Part shown: piece by piece, positions 20,501 to 32,500 of the stretch | How positions within the stretch are numbered: position 1 is the stretch's first letter | Layout: each line of letters begins with the position of its first letter | Virus record (IMG/VR): IMGVR_UViG_3300009370_000018 | Location: 4,396 to 68,395 of that record | DNA from: a virus | Length of the DNA stretch: 64,000 bases | Direction: 5' to 3' (one strand) | The notes under the pieces: generated by a model | Told to the model about the DNA's origin: nothing | The model's database searches: none | The model's input: the letters and a program-made list of their open reading frames with translations, nothing else | Position numbers and translations under genes: made by a program

Positions 20501-23294
20501 TGGTCCAGGTTCACTTTATACGTCTCCATATGGGGAGTATTATGGCACATTCCACCTTCCTAAGACCGATACGGCTAAGTTTACCGTAGGAACTAAAGCT
20601 CTGACTATCAATGATCGTGGAGATAATAATCCATTCTTAGTTAGTTGTAGGGCATCTGCGCCTTATTTTTCGAGTGGATCTATTCATAGTCTCGTTGATG
20701 AGGCTTTTGCCACACGCGATGTGATACAAGGCGAGATTGTAAATGATACCCAGAAAGGTGTGAAGATTGCTACTGATGGATCGAATCAACTTTGGGCTAC
20801 TAGACAAACAGATGGCCAGCGTGGTATTTTATGGGTTACTACAGGAATTGATGTTTTACAAACAGGGGGTGTGAATTATCCTTATGTTACTTATGACCGT
20901 AAAACGAGTAGTAAATATCTTCGTGGAGAAATGGTAGGTGCTTATTATAACTCCACAACAAAACAATGGACGTATTCGCCTAAACCTACACAATTACCTG
21001 ACGGAAGTGGTAGTCTAGGTTCTATTACTTGGGATGAATTTTATGATGCACAATATGGAACTGCCGCTGGTTTTAGTACAGGTGAAATATCTAATATGAA
21101 ATCTAGAAAGATAGGTCAGAGGCATAGTCTTGTGCGTGCTGGTGATGATGGAGGAACAGGGAACGGTAGGCAGGATTATTGGAGATTCCATGATCAGCAT
21201 AGTAGATTCCCCTCTATTGTTCCTTCTGGCGGAACTATTGCTGCCTCTAGGGGGTTTGCCACAGTAAAGGATGGAGAAATTATAGCGGCAACAGTTACGG
21301 ATCATGGTGCATGTATACAGAATGAGGGTGTGGAACCCAAACCTTCTAAATGGACTGCATTATGGACTGGTAATCAGCCTTATGGTAAGGCGGTTTCTGG
21401 CGGACTAGAAGGTACGAGATCTAGTCATCAATTCGTGGGCGAATCAAGAATGTCCTCAGATATTAATGATATTAGAAATGCTCTTCCATATGTGGATGAA
21501 ATTTTAACTGATATTGAAAACGGAACACCTGGAACAATTCCGTTTAACTTTTTGACTGATCCTTTGGCGCAATCATTTACTGTGTCGAAAGAGAAATATA
21601 CACATGGAATATTTTTAACTGGTGTAGATTTATGGTTTGCTGAAAAGGGTTCTTCTGCCGCAGCAGATGTTTTTGTTGAAATGAGAAAGATGGTCAATGG
21701 TTATCCTGATCAAGGGCCTATGAATTGTGTTGGTGGTGCCGATCAGGCGATTGCAAAAGTTGATTGGGATGACATAAACCATAAGAATGGTGTAGTGGAA
21801 GGTGCTGGGGCAACTGGATTGCCAAATGCGAGTGATGCAGATATGAACACAGAGGGATCAAGTGTGACTACATTTATGTTCCCGGCTCCTGTATATTTGC
21901 TTCCTGGTCATGACTATTGTTTTGTTGTGCGACCTATGCCAGCAGTTAATAAATCTATTTACTTATGGTCATCAGATCTTCGTGGAAATATATTGGGAAG
22001 TTATGAGAGTAATGCTCCTACTTCTATAGATTTGCACAAGGCCGGGAAGCATTTCAATGGATCTCTTTTCTTGTCGCAGAATGCAAGGACATGGGAACCA
22101 GATCAGTATAAAGATTTGATGTTTAGACTTAGAAGAGCCGAATTTACACAGTCTCAAGGAGAGGCGGTACTCCGAGCAGGAACAAAGAGGTGGGCAATTT
22201 TACGCGATGCAGACGGAAAACGTATTTCTGGCCAACAAGAAATTCCTCTTACGGCAAATGTGGATTTTGATTTCTTCCATTTTACTTCCGAGTCTGTACT
22301 TCCATTCGGGTATGATAAGCAATCTGGAGGAATAACATATCAATATACTGCGCCAGATACTGATGATGTCACATCGGGATATACTACTATTCTTCCTAAG
22401 ACGGATATATATCCCGACAGAACATTAAGATTGGAGAAGAATAAAGAACATGATTTGGGTTCTTTTGAAGTTAAAGTTCTTCTAAGATCACCTGGTGACA
22501 CTAAAGTTAGTCCTGTTCTTGATCGATCTACGATGCAATTAATCGCCTTGAAGAATAATATTACAGACGGACGAATTCAAAATGAGCAAATTGTGTTTTC
22601 GGGTTCTGGCGGACAGGGTTATACAGTAGGCGATAGATTTAAGTTGGTTCCTTCAAATTCAGATCATGCCAATAGTGATATAGGATATGTTGAAGTGTCA
22701 GAAGTTAATGCAGAGGCTAGCGATGCGATTACAAAATTAGTAGTAAGCTCTGATTATCCAGGAAGGAATTATTCAGAAACGCCTACTGTTGTGCAGCACA
22801 CTTCTGGAGGTACTCTTCTTCCTGATAATGCGATTATTATTCAAGGAGAGACAGGTGCCATAGGAGGCAATTCTAAGTTCCGATATGTGACAAAGCCTGT
22901 GAAGTTAAGAAGCGGATTTGATGCAATGGACTTAGAAGTCAAGATGGACATTCATAAGCCATTTGGGTCAAAGGTGCATGTATATTATAAGGTGTTGCAC
23001 AAAGATGATGCCGATCCTTTGGGATTTGATAATAAGAAATGGGTTAAGATGGAGCAGGATAGTCCAAACAACGAGAGGCATACTATTTCTAAGAATGATT
23101 GGAGTTCAAAGAATCGGCTTGATATGATGGAGCATACTTTTGGGACTGGAGATAATGATATGATTTCTTATAAGGATTCCCGTGGACATAATTATGATGG
23201 ATTTAAATACTTTGCAATCAAGATTGTTGGATTTGCTGATAATGCTACGCAAGTCCCTGTTATAGGAAACCTAAGAGTTGTTGCCGTAACATAA
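14571..23294 (+). CDS. Large virion structural protein, DUF4815/VrlC-like
   Basis: SPYYDDYDENKKFLRILFQPGRPVQARELTQLQSILQ, GADRYKI, RVRNLEYYVALNALE, RFKNGILTDNF, DPLAQSF, LFLSQNARTW..QYKDLMFRL, FKYFAIKIV. Confidence 0.85.
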   Translation: MANFNKSPYYDDYDENKKFLRILFQPGRPVQARELTQLQSILQTQIERGGAHIFRSGSKVFDVGVSGGEENFDPMSVRYVKLNRNDKFGNIVDVSNFIGKQIRTENFSESSSIGTVVSGSANAGGDPTTLFVKWDEGEPEGLIQDNLVLRTWDPDGTGSYYTANVAPESDVSGPCSVYETNDGVYFVNGKYVKADAQTLVLGKYTSNVTYRIGFDVIEETVTSATDSSLLDPSAGFSNYTGSGADRYKINLVLTKKGDGTTISEVQASSTISTEIGQLVSTNNFFEIARVDDGRLVRQVKTPFYAELENTLARKLYDQSGNFTVDPHIGTIKEKTPAGDAGLAGSDEYILTIEGGKSYVHGFEYNNIGQSLKVSIPKARETEVVEQRVPIIYNNYVMVHDIQNTSPLTSSGVGTGGLPAKGFFDVVAQPLVSLFSQDSYITNSLFGANNNIDTFQGVSKAANLYNSIFVGTARAEALIYDSGATTSARNHQWDQGRSYRLYLTDFRPNYVDGAANGVNRADIDAVWYDTAESLTYYKFKSLVQNEHGFSNSSDTSTGIEDFSSGADHVSIQGFTVDGGYWNIEKGKVEAANSTWIGVRSLTNSTNNFYARSSPPASNGFISRTTRNGISSRRMILLDERTRALWSDAYNGATITITGGPGEGDRRTIVDYIGGSTANQVYDLQAAGDETFIPTNNLDGIAKRGLAIVDREFSAPPTRETTYRIDFSMKNARSVGINANTNANGYATSDYKYYRQREQDTNMAAGTLTPFTKGATPNFTTLWNIDAVSGVEPKGSLGAFTRDGIYLGTRIDGDTIYKGPQAGTLLGATGRAGVQSLNAHGSGTATSSNTHFTAQRTFKNQTFAGVGTGNKLSIAIGQVLYDHGQRFFPYDGASNVLEEDELNRFVHVVEQTTGRVVDFSKGDGDGKVDIKYVAATGHSAHTLDVTLPTGDGFGAGDYDVIATMLHENIAPKKKTLIKANTVDLAPGLLTTGHNLSNGQIIIKNNSGNNALIEKPFGQTDDQAPPSYVFQSLGIADVHSVKILDTWAEGNPTSDMIKALANNNAEALTATGANNITTNFIFDSGQRDHIYDHASLKLKPDAPVPNGQCLVLFDYWDHQTSEIGAGSVAGLPSYFSVDSYQHTEDLTITDVTGTFSVGDIIKGNTTGVSAKVFDVPDSSTKIRVVNLDPFEGNTHFTSEDFIHKVSGVASSDEAKVTAVANLQIRYENIPSFVGTSRVYSLTDVIDYRPAKNRADVFRANSTVNNVVIPVDASAYPLGQYQDLMPNYKFKAYMGRIDKVYLTPGRAIEVANGVPSSYPGPPHVPESQGMVLFEVFLPPYGRRDRQYDKGIPLLNTVTNRRYTVKDIARIDNRVRNLEYYVALNALERAAKDDVVTDSQGMTRFKNGILTDNFNAFNTVKRQVDETVNIVNGVKEPTYSLDIKEGHLRPATTVNSTSWSFQYSDGSSSETTASGTADDAITINYNSVVWSDPDAPYQLSASESSEFIQEEDGSTVLDGTGTGSGKVNINPFNVMSYQGFMEINPNFDNFIDTIDSGEVRFVDLTTGQNALEHIGITEDDVRSSDFVGGTYEETSQITNQEIFGSWTNTDGTPEFTAETEYDIDMAAMGARITQSGTQGAWGDLSDHYHVTFTEPQKFTVELGETYFRSFAKIPNIPKVTIQKTENSIVDIRIATYMRSRDISVVARGLKPRTPVYGHFDGLNVSGYMSSASMVRFEGSGRGADAISLGKRTGTRSGQRIHEWVSIDVEPNAKAKLIGVRGNTAFLTEITYGTATPNKKFSDSGITLVGNTTGPCNKKTNQNDIGVSQNMMFDPSLPDDVQYRPITPNPGYEHRSGYARPLVADGDNRNPTTWITLDHDAPSRSNALALHFADPSTGDPVELTDTESLTTFGNMMTSISIVKGKNAGAHGTIVEYDGATRSARVEWGTSMTSNGPGAAIVGTLGADDRDYYTLAGPWSPVSYGPGSLYTSPYGEYYGTFHLPKTDTAKFTVGTKALTINDRGDNNPFLVSCRASAPYFSSGSIHSLVDEAFATRDVIQGEIVNDTQKGVKIATDGSNQLWATRQTDGQRGILWVTTGIDVLQTGGVNYPYVTYDRKTSSKYLRGEMVGAYYNSTTKQWTYSPKPTQLPDGSGSLGSITWDEFYDAQYGTAAGFSTGEISNMKSRKIGQRHSLVRAGDDGGTGNGRQDYWRFHDQHSRFPSIVPSGGTIAASRGFATVKDGEIIAATVTDHGACIQNEGVEPKPSKWTALWTGNQPYGKAVSGGLEGTRSSHQFVGESRMSSDINDIRNALPYVDEILTDIENGTPGTIPFNFLTDPLAQSFTVSKEKYTHGIFLTGVDLWFAEKGSSAAADVFVEMRKMVNGYPDQGPMNCVGGADQAIAKVDWDDINHKNGVVEGAGATGLPNASDADMNTEGSSVTTFMFPAPVYLLPGHDYCFVVRPMPAVNKSIYLWSSDLRGNILGSYESNAPTSIDLHKAGKHFNGSLFLSQNARTWEPDQYKDLMFRLRRAEFTQSQGEAVLRAGTKRWAILRDADGKRISGQQEIPLTANVDFDFFHFTSESVLPFGYDKQSGGITYQYTAPDTDDVTSGYTTILPKTDIYPDRTLRLEKNKEHDLGSFEVKVLLRSPGDTKVSPVLDRSTMQLIALKNNITDGRIQNEQIVFSGSGGQGYTVGDRFKLVPSNSDHANSDIGYVEVSEVNAEASDAITKLVVSSDYPGRNYSETPTVVQHTSGGTLLPDNAIIIQGETGAIGGNSKFRYVTKPVKLRSGFDAMDLEVKMDIHKPFGSKVHVYYKVLHKDDADPLGFDNKKWVKMEQDSPNNERHTISKNDWSSKNRLDMMEHTFGTGDNDMISYKDSRGHNYDGFKYFAIKIVGFADNATQVPVIGNLRVVAVT

Positions 23295-23303
23295 TAATAC
23301 TAT

Positions 23304-23552
23304 ATGTCTTCCAATAGTGACAATGAGATTAAAACAGAAGACCCTGGTTTTGTTAAGGACTCTTATAGTAGTGCATTGCTATCGGTGGATACGTCTGCCC
23401 GCGATGAGGTTCTTATTAGGAGAAAACAAATGCAAAGGAGCCAATCTACCGAGAACGATATAAATAGTATGAAACGAGAAATTGATCATTTGAAGAGTGA
23501 CGTTGGAGAGATAAAGGGATTAATAGCACAACTGTTAGATAAGATTTCTTAA
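23304..23552 (+). CDS. Small coiled-coil hypothetical protein commonly found after DUF4815 genes
   Basis: 82 aa; FVKDSYSSALLS..DINSMKREIDHLKSDVGEIKGLIAQLL heptads. Confidence 0.7.
   Translation: MSSNSDNEIKTEDPGFVKDSYSSALLSVDTSARDEVLIRRKQMQRSQSTENDINSMKREIDHLKSDVGEIKGLIAQLLDKIS
23459..23466 (+). promoter_or_regulatory. T4-type late promoter within a CDS, ~110 nt upstream of the giant fibre gene
   Basis: Exact TATAAATA. Confidence 0.6.
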
Positions 23553-23573
23553 TACACAGAGCGCGAGAGATTA

Positions 23574-26500
23574 ATGGGCAAATTAGTATTAGATATTGAT
23601 GTTGAGGGTAGAGGATTTCAATCCTCAAATAATACACCTAGCAATGGTATGTATTTCAAGACTGGATATCAGCCCGACTATCCTGAATATTCCAATAGCG
23701 TGATGATGTACATTTCTAATAAGCGTAGGATTGGTATTAAGACTCAGAATCCTAGAGCAGATTTTCATGTCGATGGTACTATTCTAGCCAAGAGTATTAT
23801 AACTGAAGGGTTTGGTTCTGAACCAAGTGTTCAAGTAGTAGATAATGAATTGTTTGTTCAAGATGGACCTGATTGTGGAGGAACTATTCCAACCTCTGTT
23901 TATCCTGGTGATATTTGGATTGATACCTGTGCAGATGAGAGTGGTTTTCCTAAGATATATACTGCGGCAATAGGTGGTGCAAGCATAATTGCTACTGGGC
24001 ACTGGGTTCTTGGGGAATCGTCTGGTTTAATTTCTTCAGATGTGAATATATTTGTCCAGACAGAAGCACCAACAGCGACTAATATTGGTGACATTTGGTT
24101 TGATTCTGATAATTTTTATTTTGCATATCGCGCCATTAGTCTAGGGACAGATGGTTGGGAACCGGCCGACGATCTTAATGCTGAGTTTGGAGATAATTTT
24201 ACTACTATTGTAGTTACGCTCACTGGAGCAATGGCCGATTCAGAAATCATTGGTTATTTTAATGACGAAGATCCGTCGAAAGGATTTATTCGTGGTCGCG
24301 TTGGAGCACATACTAATGCATCGTTTGGTGATGTTTGGATTGATACATCCGCACATAATAAACTTCCTTCTGGTGAATTAAAAACCAATGCCATCAATCG
24401 ATGGCAGAATAGTACGGGAGGTTTTATTAATAGTTCTGCCGTGACTGTTGTCGAAGGCGAACTATATGGTCAGGGTCTTGCCTGGAGGTATGCACCTTCT
24501 GATGCGACGGGGCAAGTATATCTCGAAACATATTTGACCAGAAATATTGCAGACAGAAAGTCTGTCACATACTACACGAATAGTTATACGACCACTACGG
24601 GTGCGGCCGATGGTGGCGGAGTCTATGGTCCTAATGTTGCATCCACTCCAACGGGACAAGACAATTTTAATCCTCAATATGATACCTGGGTAGACATTAC
24701 TCCTATTGGCGACGAGGAAGGAATACCTGAGTTTAATCCTTACATATATTTGGTTAATAGTTCGTTTGATTACACCTATAGCGATTCACTGGCTGCGGCC
24801 AATGCCTGGGCCCGGCATATCTATCCTGGTGGTGGGTTTGATTTTGATACTAGTGGAACGGGTTGGTGGAATATTCGGGACACTGGAATACTCAGAGTCA
24901 ATAGTGCATTCCAAACTTTGAATGGATATTTTACGGGACTAGAGGGGGAGTTTGCTTCTCTTTCGGGTGACTTTAGTTCTCTTGAAGCTCAGCTTGATGC
25001 GGGGGCGTTTACAATTCCTTTTGCAGATAAGGAAGTTCTTTTATTCATTGGTGATTTTACTAAAGATTTTGGAACAGCCGGTAATAAAAGGCCAGACGCA
25101 TCAAGTAATAATGATGTTTGGATTGTAACAGACTATCTTCTGAATCCTGATGGGTCTGCAAATTCAAATTCAATTTTTGTTTCGACAGCTAACACGACGG
25201 CTGGGGCGGGGCATGAACATGAAACAGATCCGCTTGAGTATGATGAAGGTGGTGTGACAATTAATCACCATTGGACGCAATCACCAAATAATGCTGTTGG
25301 TGGTGTTTTTCTTGACTTATATGCGCGGGGTACCTTAGGAGAGTTTGATCGTGGTGTGAACATCATGCCACGCGGTTACTCGATGTGGGATGCCAATCCG
25401 AATGAATATAAATTTGATTCGTTTGATGAGACGACACCATATCAAATTCAAGTTAGACAAGACGTGCTCACGCCTGCTTTGGGCCTTGTAAATACTACAT
25501 TCGGAGCAGTTTCGCTTGGTTCTCTTCAACTCTCAAGTGGAGGAGTTGCTGGCGAAGGAGATGCCGAAGAGGCATATGCGACTCTTGCAAATACAGGTGG
25601 ATCGACCACTAAGGCAATAATACGCAAAGGGCCTCCTGCTGTCACACTTAGAATCCCAGAAGGAAAGAAATGGATCTTTTCTTATTATGCATATTCAAAT
25701 TCGACAGCAGATGTTAGTGTTCTTCCAAATCATGAACTTGTCATATATTTGGACGACACCAACAATCCCACTTCTAATATTGTGTATTTTGATAATTATC
25801 ATTTGGCAGATTTTACTGCACGAAATACCTGGGAGCGATTTGAATATGTCATAGATCTCTCCAACACACATATTCATGCAAATGCTTCTAGTTATACTGA
25901 TCTTTCGCCTAGACCGTGGGGTGTGGTAGGAGAAAAGATAACGTATGAGGCAACTCCTCCTTCAGATCCTCTTATAGCTCCAACTCATGCAAGACTCTCA
26001 AATTTGAATTCAATGACGATTCGTCTTGATAATAATTCATTTGGTGGTCCTGGAAATACAATTTGGTTTGACGGATTACAATTAGAAGAAGTCGGGCCAT
26101 ATATGACCACGGCATCGAATTTTAAAGAGCCTGGTGATCATGCCTCCCTTCTTTTTGGCCGGGCTCTTACAGATGGTAAGATCGTTGTGCATAGCAGTCC
26201 AGAGTTCGATGAGGGGGACGAGGCCTATCCAGGAGGGCCTACTGTTTATGGTCCAGAGCCACATCTTACTCCTAGAGATAGACGACCAAACCCAGAGCCT
26301 CACGGCGACCTTTGGATCAACACATCCAATAATGATATTATATTCAGGTATCACCAGAACGCCATCAACAATACTGCACAGACGGCATATTATTCATACG
26401 AATCAAACCTGACACAGGCCTCTAATTCTGGTTGGTATTCTACACAAGACGAAAGATTTGGATTGTTCTTTGCAAATATCGTTACATTGAACGCACAGAT

Positions 26501-29500
26501 TTATGATGCTCTGGCCAATGTAGATTCGTTGAGAACTGTTGCAGATCATGACATTATTACGTTCTTTGTTCCCGAAGATGGTTCTCTTTTTGGAAACACA
26601 CAATCAAATCCCTCGGCTAATTTTGGCGACATTTGGATAAACACTTCTGATTATAATGCAAACTTGACACATGGTGGGTTGGCTCCGAATGCAGTTTTCA
26701 GATACCAAAACGGCACGTCAATTACGACTGCTCCTGATCTTCTTTGGGCTCGGTCAAGTCCTCCTGTTGGGTCGGCAGGCACCTTGGCTTGGCATCATGC
26801 TCCAGAGGATAGCTTTGGAAAATTATATCTCTCGACCACTTTTAATAGAAACGTAGCCGATCAAAAGTCTGTTACTTATTTCGAGGATGGTACGACTTCT
26901 GGTGTTCCAACTAGTCAATATTCTGGTCCTAATGTTGCAGTCACGCCTCTTGGTGTTCTAAATCTAAATCCAAAAGACGACTTGTGGTTCGATACTGGAA
27001 ATGGATATGTGCTGCATGTATACAAGGCAAACAACACTTTTGCCGATGAATATTCTGGAATTTCTCTTGCAGTAGGGAATAGGTATTGGGATCGAACTCG
27101 TCGTGCAGGCGTTTGGGAAACAGATGGTACCTCACCTTCTGGATGGTATGATGTACAAGACACACGAATTGGTACTATAGCAGCGGATCTTGCTGGAAAT
27201 GCACTATCTGTTGGGTATGCATTGGCCAATTCTGTAGATGCAAAAGCCATTGCCGACCATGAGATCATAAGTCATTATGCATATGAAGGTGGAAATTTTA
27301 TTGCACAATCGGCTCCTGGTAGCACGGGAGCAGGATTTACTATTCCTGCTGGGTATGGTGACATTTGGATTAATCAGAGTCATTGGAATACACAAGGTGA
27401 TGGTTCTCTGAGCGCAAATGCAATCTTACGATTCCAGAATTCGTCTGGCGGATCAATGAACACCGTTGGAGGAGTTTCTACTGGTGCCACGTCTAATCTT
27501 TCGTGGAATTTTGCCCCAAACAATGCAGTCGGTAGAGTTTTTCTTGATGCCTACCTGGCTAGGAACATTGCAGATAGAAAGACTGTCGTGTTCTATGCTC
27601 CCAACACTGGTTCTCCTGGAGCTTATTTTGGACCTAATCCAAACACCACTCCTTCTGGTCTGAATAATCCAAATCCAGAAGGTGATCTTTGGATTGACAC
27701 AGGAGGCATTCCAAGTTCTAATAAACTCTATGTCTATAAGACGAATGGTTCATTTCTTATAGGACAGTATGTCGAGCCAACGCTACCTATGGATGCCAAG
27801 GCTTGGTCCCAGACAACCTACTCGGGAACTATTTGGGATGTGGGGGGTTCAAGCCCAACGGGTTGGTATGATGCACAAGATTCAGAGATTGCCGATCTTA
27901 GAGCAAACGTAGGCAATATCTTGAATCGAGTGGGAATAGTAGAAAGTCAAGGTGACAGAGAGATTCTTGCATTCTTCCAGGATCTTGGTGACGCCACAGA
28001 AATTCCAGACGCATCAGGTAATAATGATGTCTGGATTCAGACTGATTATGCAGTTCAGATACCAAGCGGTGCACCCAATACGGCTGCCATTTATATATCA
28101 AATTCATCGGCCTCGATTGCACTTTCGGGAGGAGAGTATTGGTCAGATGGTGGAGATGTAAACACCAAGAGATTTTTTACAGATCCAGGCGCTGTTAATG
28201 GTATTCATTATTGGATTCCCTCTCCGTACAATGCCATAGGGCTGTTCTATCTTGAGGCCTATTCTGCTGGGATTAGAGGGCAGTTTTATCGTGGGCCCAA
28301 CATCATACCTCGTGGCTACTCGATGTGGGATGCTAATGAAAATGACTATTTGATTTATAATAATGGCGGCGTTGGCGATACGCTAGATTCAGTCACGCCT
28401 TATCAACTATTCAATTATGAAGGCGGGCTTTCTGTCAATACGACATTTGGTGCTCCAGATGTTCCTGGCACGTCTTCTATTGAATATACGAATATTCGTT
28501 CAGGCACTTATAATGCAACACTCTTTGCAAACACCAATGAATACGATAGCAAACAAGTATATAGCAATAATTATCCCGGGATTATATCCCTTCCAAGAGG
28601 AAAGCGGTGGGTATTTTCTCATTATGCAACTTCAAATTCTATAGACACACCTGTCAGTAGTTTGCCAGATACGAGATTTTATCTCTATTTTAGTGACATT
28701 GACGATCCAGGTGCAAATGTTGTCCAATGGGCTGTTGGTACATCTGACTTTACTACAGGATTGTCAAATAATACATGGCAACGATTTGAGTATGTTGTGG
28801 ATCTTTCAAACACAAGCCCAAGTGCCGTTCCGTCAAACACACTAGACGAGAGTGTGAAAGGTATAACAACTACAAGCGATCTTAGCACTCAACTTCCATC
28901 ATATCATGAATCGCGAGTTGCCAATCTTAATTCAATGATGATTCGTCTTGATGTTATAGGGAGAACTGGAAATACTATTTGGGTCGATGGTATATCGATG
29001 CAAGAAGTGGCGAATGATATTTCGACTGCCGGGCCATTCAGAGAACCTGGCGAACATGCAACTATTGTCTTTGGCCGTCAGATCACAGACGGAAAAGTTG
29101 TTGCGTTTTATAGCCCACAAATTGGTGATAAGGGGCCGGTTGCAAATGTGACCCCAACTGGTTTGCCAAACCCTGAACCACATGGAGACTTCTGGATCAA
29201 TACAAGCAATCTCAATATGTTGTTTGTATACAACCAGGTAGGCACCAACACTAGCGCACACACAGCCAACTATTCATATTATGATACTGATGAATATGAT
29301 ACCATAACCGAGTCTGGATGGTATCTTTCACAAGATAGGCAGATTGGATATTCATATGCGAATCTTGTAACGCAGGCCCAAAACGTAGAGCACTTGTTTG
29401 CCAATGTCAACTTTCAAAGAGGGCTGATAGATCGTGATAGGGTTATATTTTTTGAAGCTCATCCTGGAGGGGTAGGAGATTCAGAATATAGTGATGGCGA

Positions 29501-32500
29501 TTTTGTTCGTGATGGGGCATCAGCAGGTTCAGGCGCACAGTTTGGTGACATTTGGATTAATATTCATCCAGATAATCAACATGCAAATGGTTCTCTTCTT
29601 GCCAATGCAATTCATCGTTATGCAAATGGTTCGGGAGGTGCGAGCACCACTCCTCCTCATGGAGATTCTTTGCGTTGGGAGTTTGCTCCCGACGATGCAA
29701 TTGGTAAAATATATCTAGAGACATGGTATACAAGGAACACAGCCGACCGCAAGACTGCCATATTTTATGAGTCTAATACATTTTCAGGGGGACGATATTA
29801 TGGTCCCAATGTATACTTTACTCAGGGTGCTATTGTTAATCCAAATCCAGACGGGGATCTTTGGATTGATACAGGCGGCGCCAATCGTCTTTATGTCTAT
29901 AGGACAAATACTAGTTTTGTGGTTGGAAGTCATCCTAAGGATGGGGGTTGGGCACAAACAACGCACAATTCAAGTGCAACCGGAGCCGGGGGTAATTTTG
30001 ATCCTACTAGGTCTGATGCCAGAGGTCGAGGTGGTTGGTGGGATATTCAAGGATTCGATTCGACTGAGATTGAAGAGAGTATTCTTCTTAATGCATGGGA
30101 GGCCGCGAACGCTCTTGCAAATGCACAGTTTGCACAGCAACTTGTGGCCAATACACAGGCTATTATAGATGGAGAGATCATATCGTTCTATGCCCCACAT
30201 GATGGTGGAGATTTTGATCCTGGAGAGGATCATCCTACTGCAAAATATGGTGACATCTGGATTGATACACATCCTAATAATCATTTGGCCAATGGTGCCT
30301 TAGATCCAGCTGCAATTTATCGATATTCTAATTCAGAAGGTGGGTCTTCGACTCCTTCTTTAACTGCTCCTACGAATCTTGGATGGTATCAGGCTCCTAA
30401 CAACGCAATAGGCAAAGTGTTCCTTGATTCATGGAAGTCTCAGAACACAGCCGATTCAAAGGTTGTCACATACATTCAGGCTGGCACTCCACTAGGAACT
30501 GTCCCTGCACTCTATGGTCCTAATCCTGCAAACACCCCAAGCGGAGCCTACAATCCAAATCCAGAGAACGATCTTTGGATTGACACTCAGGATAATTATC
30601 GCATCTATCGCTATCAGGTGATTGGCAGCGATGTCACGACAAATACTGCCTATCAGACTCCGAACACAACCCATTCTGGTTGGGCCGATGTTCGCGATGC
30701 ACGAATAGGAGACTTCCCGTTCAGCGAGAGCCGAAAGGCCCATTTGTCCATGACCGAATGGGCCATCGAGGATGTGAGCCATTTGGAAGGTGGCAGCAGC
30801 GAAGAGTTGGTCTTGTATGACGACAGCGGAAACAGGAATCATGCAAGGCAAAGTCTGTCATATAGTAGTAATTTTACCGGCGACACAAATGACTTTGTGG
30901 CCACTACCATTAAAGGTATTTCTACAAAGGCATTGAATAGAGTTAATAGTAGTACGATGGGTTGGCCGCCGGAGACCTCCGCTGCCGGAAAGTATTATAA
31001 AGATCTTGCACTTTTAGATCACGATGCAATTAGGAATGCGAATCAGCAATCATATGCCATTTGGTTTAAACCTTCGGGTCTGGCACAAAGACACGATTGG
31101 AGAATTATTACTAGAGACCAAAATGAATATTGGTCATTAAATATCGGTGGTAATACGACACACCTCTATGGCGGAAGTGAGACGCCGCATGATTATTTCT
31201 TTCCTTCTGATGGATCATATGTAAATGCCATAATCAAAGGTTCGGTTGAATCGACACCAGGTGCAGGGGCAGTAGGTACCGACGGCCGCAAACGTGAAAA
31301 TATATTAAAATACAATACATGGAATTTTATTGCATTTACTCTTGATTACAAAGGTGATAATGAAGTAGGAAATTCTGTATGGTATTTCGCAAATGAAGAT
31401 GATGGTTGGGAAAATGCAAATGTATTTTATTATTCGTTAGATAAAGATGCTAGTGCAAATCTTTCTTATAGTGGTGATTGGGGAGAAGATAGGGGCCGAG
31501 GTGTAGGGCTACAGAATAATGAATCTCCTGGTGCCGGTGCCGATCTTGCTGAAACAGGAGGAGGTTATGCAGCCCCAGGCCACTATGCCGAGTTCAAATA
31601 CTTCGACACCTATCTGAGCCAGAGTTCGATCAAGAAACTCTATGACTTCCCGTTCGGTGTAGAAGATACATCGCGGAACATGTTGCAGACTGTTCGTTCG
31701 CAGGCCATTGCAGACGGGGAGATCATATCGTTCTATGCTCCTGAGTCTTCTCCGGGAGGGGGATTTGTTCGCGGTGAGACTCATCCAACAGCCAACTTTG
31801 GTGACATTTGGATTGACACTTCTGAATCCAACGCAAATTTGACCCATGGTGGTCTGGTTGTAGATGCAATTAACAGATACCAGAACACTTCATTTGGTCC
31901 TTCACAGTCAGAAGGAATACTTGTATGGGAGGCTGCACCTACCAATGCAGTAGGTAAAGTTTTTCTTGACGCAGCCTTGGCCAGAAATGTGGCCGATCAA
32001 AAGACGGTTGCATATTACATAGGTAATGATGCGGTTGGTACTACAGGATATGGTCCAAATGTTGCAGTCACTCCGTCAGATGTTCTTAATCCAAATCCAG
32101 ATCGGGACTTATGGATCGACACCTATGGTGGCAATAGACTTTATATCTATTTGACAAATTCTGAATTTTCTAGCGTCTATGTAAATCCAGATAGTGGAAC
32201 CGACAAGTCTGCCTGGGCTCAGACGATTCATTCCGGAATTTTTGCTCTTGATGGTAGTAGTTTTAGTGGTTGGTGGGATGTTCAGGATACAGAACTAAGA
32301 GATTTGATACGTGTAAACGAATGGTCGGCTGCAAACGCTCTGGCTGATGCCGCAAATGCACAGTCCTCTGCGGATCATGAGATTCTTGCATTTTTTGAAC
32401 CAGAGGCGGCCGTTGGTCCTGACGCAACAGGCAACGGAGACATCTGGATCTTTACTGGTTACCCTGTCGATCTAGATGGTACACCTAATATTGCTTCTAT

